A stretch of 64,000 nt of DNA from Eutreptiella sp. 'Long Island Sound 2002' (taxonomy: Eukaryota; Protista; Euglenida), in NCBI GenBank assembly GCA_964036045.1, contig OZ038378.1:197842001-197906000 (forward strand). The letters run 5' to 3'. The translations under genes were made by a program, and so were the position numbers. Each line of letters opens with the position of its first letter. Position 1 is the first letter of the stretch. The notes beneath the pieces were generated by a model. That model saw only the letters and a list, made by a program, of their open reading frames with translations, was not told the origin of the DNA and did not search any database. Positions 61,912-64,000 of this stretch are shown piece by piece.

Positions 61912-64000
61912 GATTCGCCTTTAGGCGAATTACAGGATTCACCCCATAATGCCACTCACATGCTCTTTCACTATAGAATCTTTTAAAGATTTTTGGGTTC
62001 TGAGGCCCGTCAGGCCACGTACGGAGATCCATACAAAATGTCCGCTATCAGCATGGAGTCCCTCACCTTCAAAGACTTCGTCTCTAAGGGCCAGTTCGAG
62101 GTCTACAAGAGCATCCTCCCCGCGGACCACTTGGCGAGAGCGGCGGTGGAAATCATGCAGCGCATCGGAGACGCGGGGGTGGACCATGACAAATGGCTGC
62201 GACCTCAAGGCGGCCTCTGGCTGGGAAGAAGAACCGGTCAAACTCCTCCACGCCATTGCTGGTTATGAGAGCTGCTGCCGATGCACAATTGAAGTCCACA
62301 CAGGAGAATTCAAAGCGAAAAAGGAGAGGAGCTGGCAGTTAGCGAAGAGATCAGGGCGCGCATCAAGTCGTTTTTGGAATCGCAATGGACCACTTTTGAA
62401 AAACTCTGCTCCAGCGCCGAAATCGCGAAGGCAGGCATGGCAGTGGCACAGCGGGCAGCAAAGCACCGCCTGGCCATCCGAGAGCTTGCTGAGGGCATCC
62501 CAGATACCCGGAAGGCGGAAGACCCCGAATTCGTGCTCAGGGCAATGGGGGCGCTGGCCCTCTTTGACAATTTCAAGTGGATCATCATTGGAGAAGGCCA
62601 CAAGCTGAACCTGGTGACGGCCGATGCATCAGATGTGTGGACCTGTGGACCCAGAGGAGCAGGAGATCTCAAAACAGATGGAGGCACTCACAGTGAGACT
62701 GGAGCACAAGCGGAGGGCAAAAATCGTGCGCCCCCTGACCCCTGCAACGCTGGACGAGTTTGTTTAGGCCCCGGGAAATGCCAAATGGATGCGTGAAGTG
62801 ACTGCTTCTTTGAAGAAGTTCCTGGAGTCCAACGAGGGGGACAAAGGGGAAACGCTGGCAAAGGAACTGTGGGAGGTGATGCTGGTCTCCAAGGACAGCT
62901 ACAAGGAGAAATACCCCAGCGGGGGCCACAGTGTGACTGGTGGCTCACACAAGGGCACCGGGAAAAAACCCCAATCCCGAGTTACGGCAAGATCTGTCAA
63001 GGAGTTGGAAAGATTGGGAGCCCGAACGTGGATTGAAGCAACCCGAAAAGGGAGATTCAGGTTCGCGGAATGGGAGCCCATCACCTACTACTGCACTGCG
63101 AGAGGCGACAACGCGTATGACGTGGCAAAGGGCCCCCCAGGACCCTGTGGAGAATGTGGCGACAACCACTGGATATGGGACTGCGAAAGCTGACTCCCCC
63201 CGGAAGGGGGGGGAGGGGGGGGCATGGCAGAGGGCACCCCAAGCCGGTTCGTTGGGGATGACGGAGAAGTGGAGGTGGAAAGCGAAGAGGACGAGATTCC
63301 CAGGGAGTGGCCTGCATACAAGCGGGCGCATGCTGCATTGTGTCGAGCCAAGGCGGACAACAAGGACGGGATCCTGGGAAACAACTGGCAAATCCTGGCA
63401 AGCTCCTGTAGCACAACATCGCTGGTTACGTACAAGACGGGCATGCGAAAACTCCGACAGACGCACATGGCCCGGCCGGAGTGGGGACCATATAAGATCG
63501 TGGAACGAGTCGTGCGTGATGCCATTCAAGAGGGAAAAGGCAGCAGCTCAGTCAAGACAATCCTCAATGCAGCTGCCATGGCATACACAATGGGGATGGT
63601 TGGCGAACCGGTTCCAAAAAGACTGTGGAGGGCGTTCAAGGCGGCACAATGACTGGAAGAGAAGTCCACACAGGAGTGGGCAGTTTTGAGGCACTGCAGA
63701 TCATGGCACACCGGGCGGATTCAGAGCTGGAGTGGTGTGTGGTGGGACTCGTACTTTCAACGCTGTTGGGCCTCAGAGTCGGCGAGGCGGCCAGCATCAG
63801 CTTCCACAGGTTGGGGGTTCTGGCAGGAACGGCGGAATTCTATGACAGCAAAGTCCACGGGGCTTGGATTACCCATACGGTTTCAGGAGTGGCCCTCAAA
63901 TGGATGCAGTTCTGCGCCTGGATTGCGCAAAGACGCTGGAACCTCGACAAGTTCCAGCGGCTGGTCTCTGAGGACAAACTGCAAAACGTCATGGAAAACC
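61912..64000 (+). mobile_element. Degenerate tyrosine-recombinase element with gag-then-YR layout (VIPER/TATE-like YR retrotransposon), continuing beyond the window
   Basis: Frameshifted gag-like ORFs from 62037 to 63193 end in CGECGDNHWIWDC (CX2CX3HX4C knuckle, 63146-63184). The next ORF starts at 63224, has a premature TGA at 63650-63652 and a frameshift near 63684, and then reads LSTLLGLRVGEAASI (GLRxxE tyrosine-recombinase motif, 63769-63786). The 5' boundary is inferred. Confidence 0.72.

Noticed and set aside
62263-63529. Minus-strand ORFs over the YR element
   Set aside because: These are shadow ORFs of GC-rich plus-strand coding sequence; the motifs are all on the plus strand.

Overview
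Eukaryotic genomic window, rich in repeats and transposable elements. A euglenozoan-like protist is plausible, inferred from the kinase sequence and the VIPER/TATE-like element. From left to right: (1) the 3' part of an uninterrupted Ty3/Gypsy chromovirus pol ORF (RT, RNase H, integrase, chromodomain; 2-3016) followed by about 3 kb of non-coding sequence; (2) a frameshifted ORF of unknown origin (6681-7940); (3) an SNF1/AMPK-alpha kinase gene that can be spliced by hand with GT-AG introns: exons 8634-8711, 9139-9345, 10077-10173, 11593-11848, 12191-12341, 14024-14143, 55438-55584 and probably 56355-56545, with the C-terminus not found in the window; (4) its sixth intron (14144-55437, 41,294 bp), which splits the UBA-like domain and is almost filled by about 78 head-to-tail, near-identical ~490-bp repeat units (14571-53927), interrupted by a 907-bp TIR transposon (39161-40067) and a ~193-bp insertion (49861-50053); (5) decayed repeats and, at the right edge, a degenerate gag plus tyrosine-recombinase element (about 61912-64000, running off the window). 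The most unusual feature is the satellite-filled giant intron inside a core metabolic kinase, where each unit carries splice-site-like motifs and where the structural rearrangements cluster at one spot in the unit.
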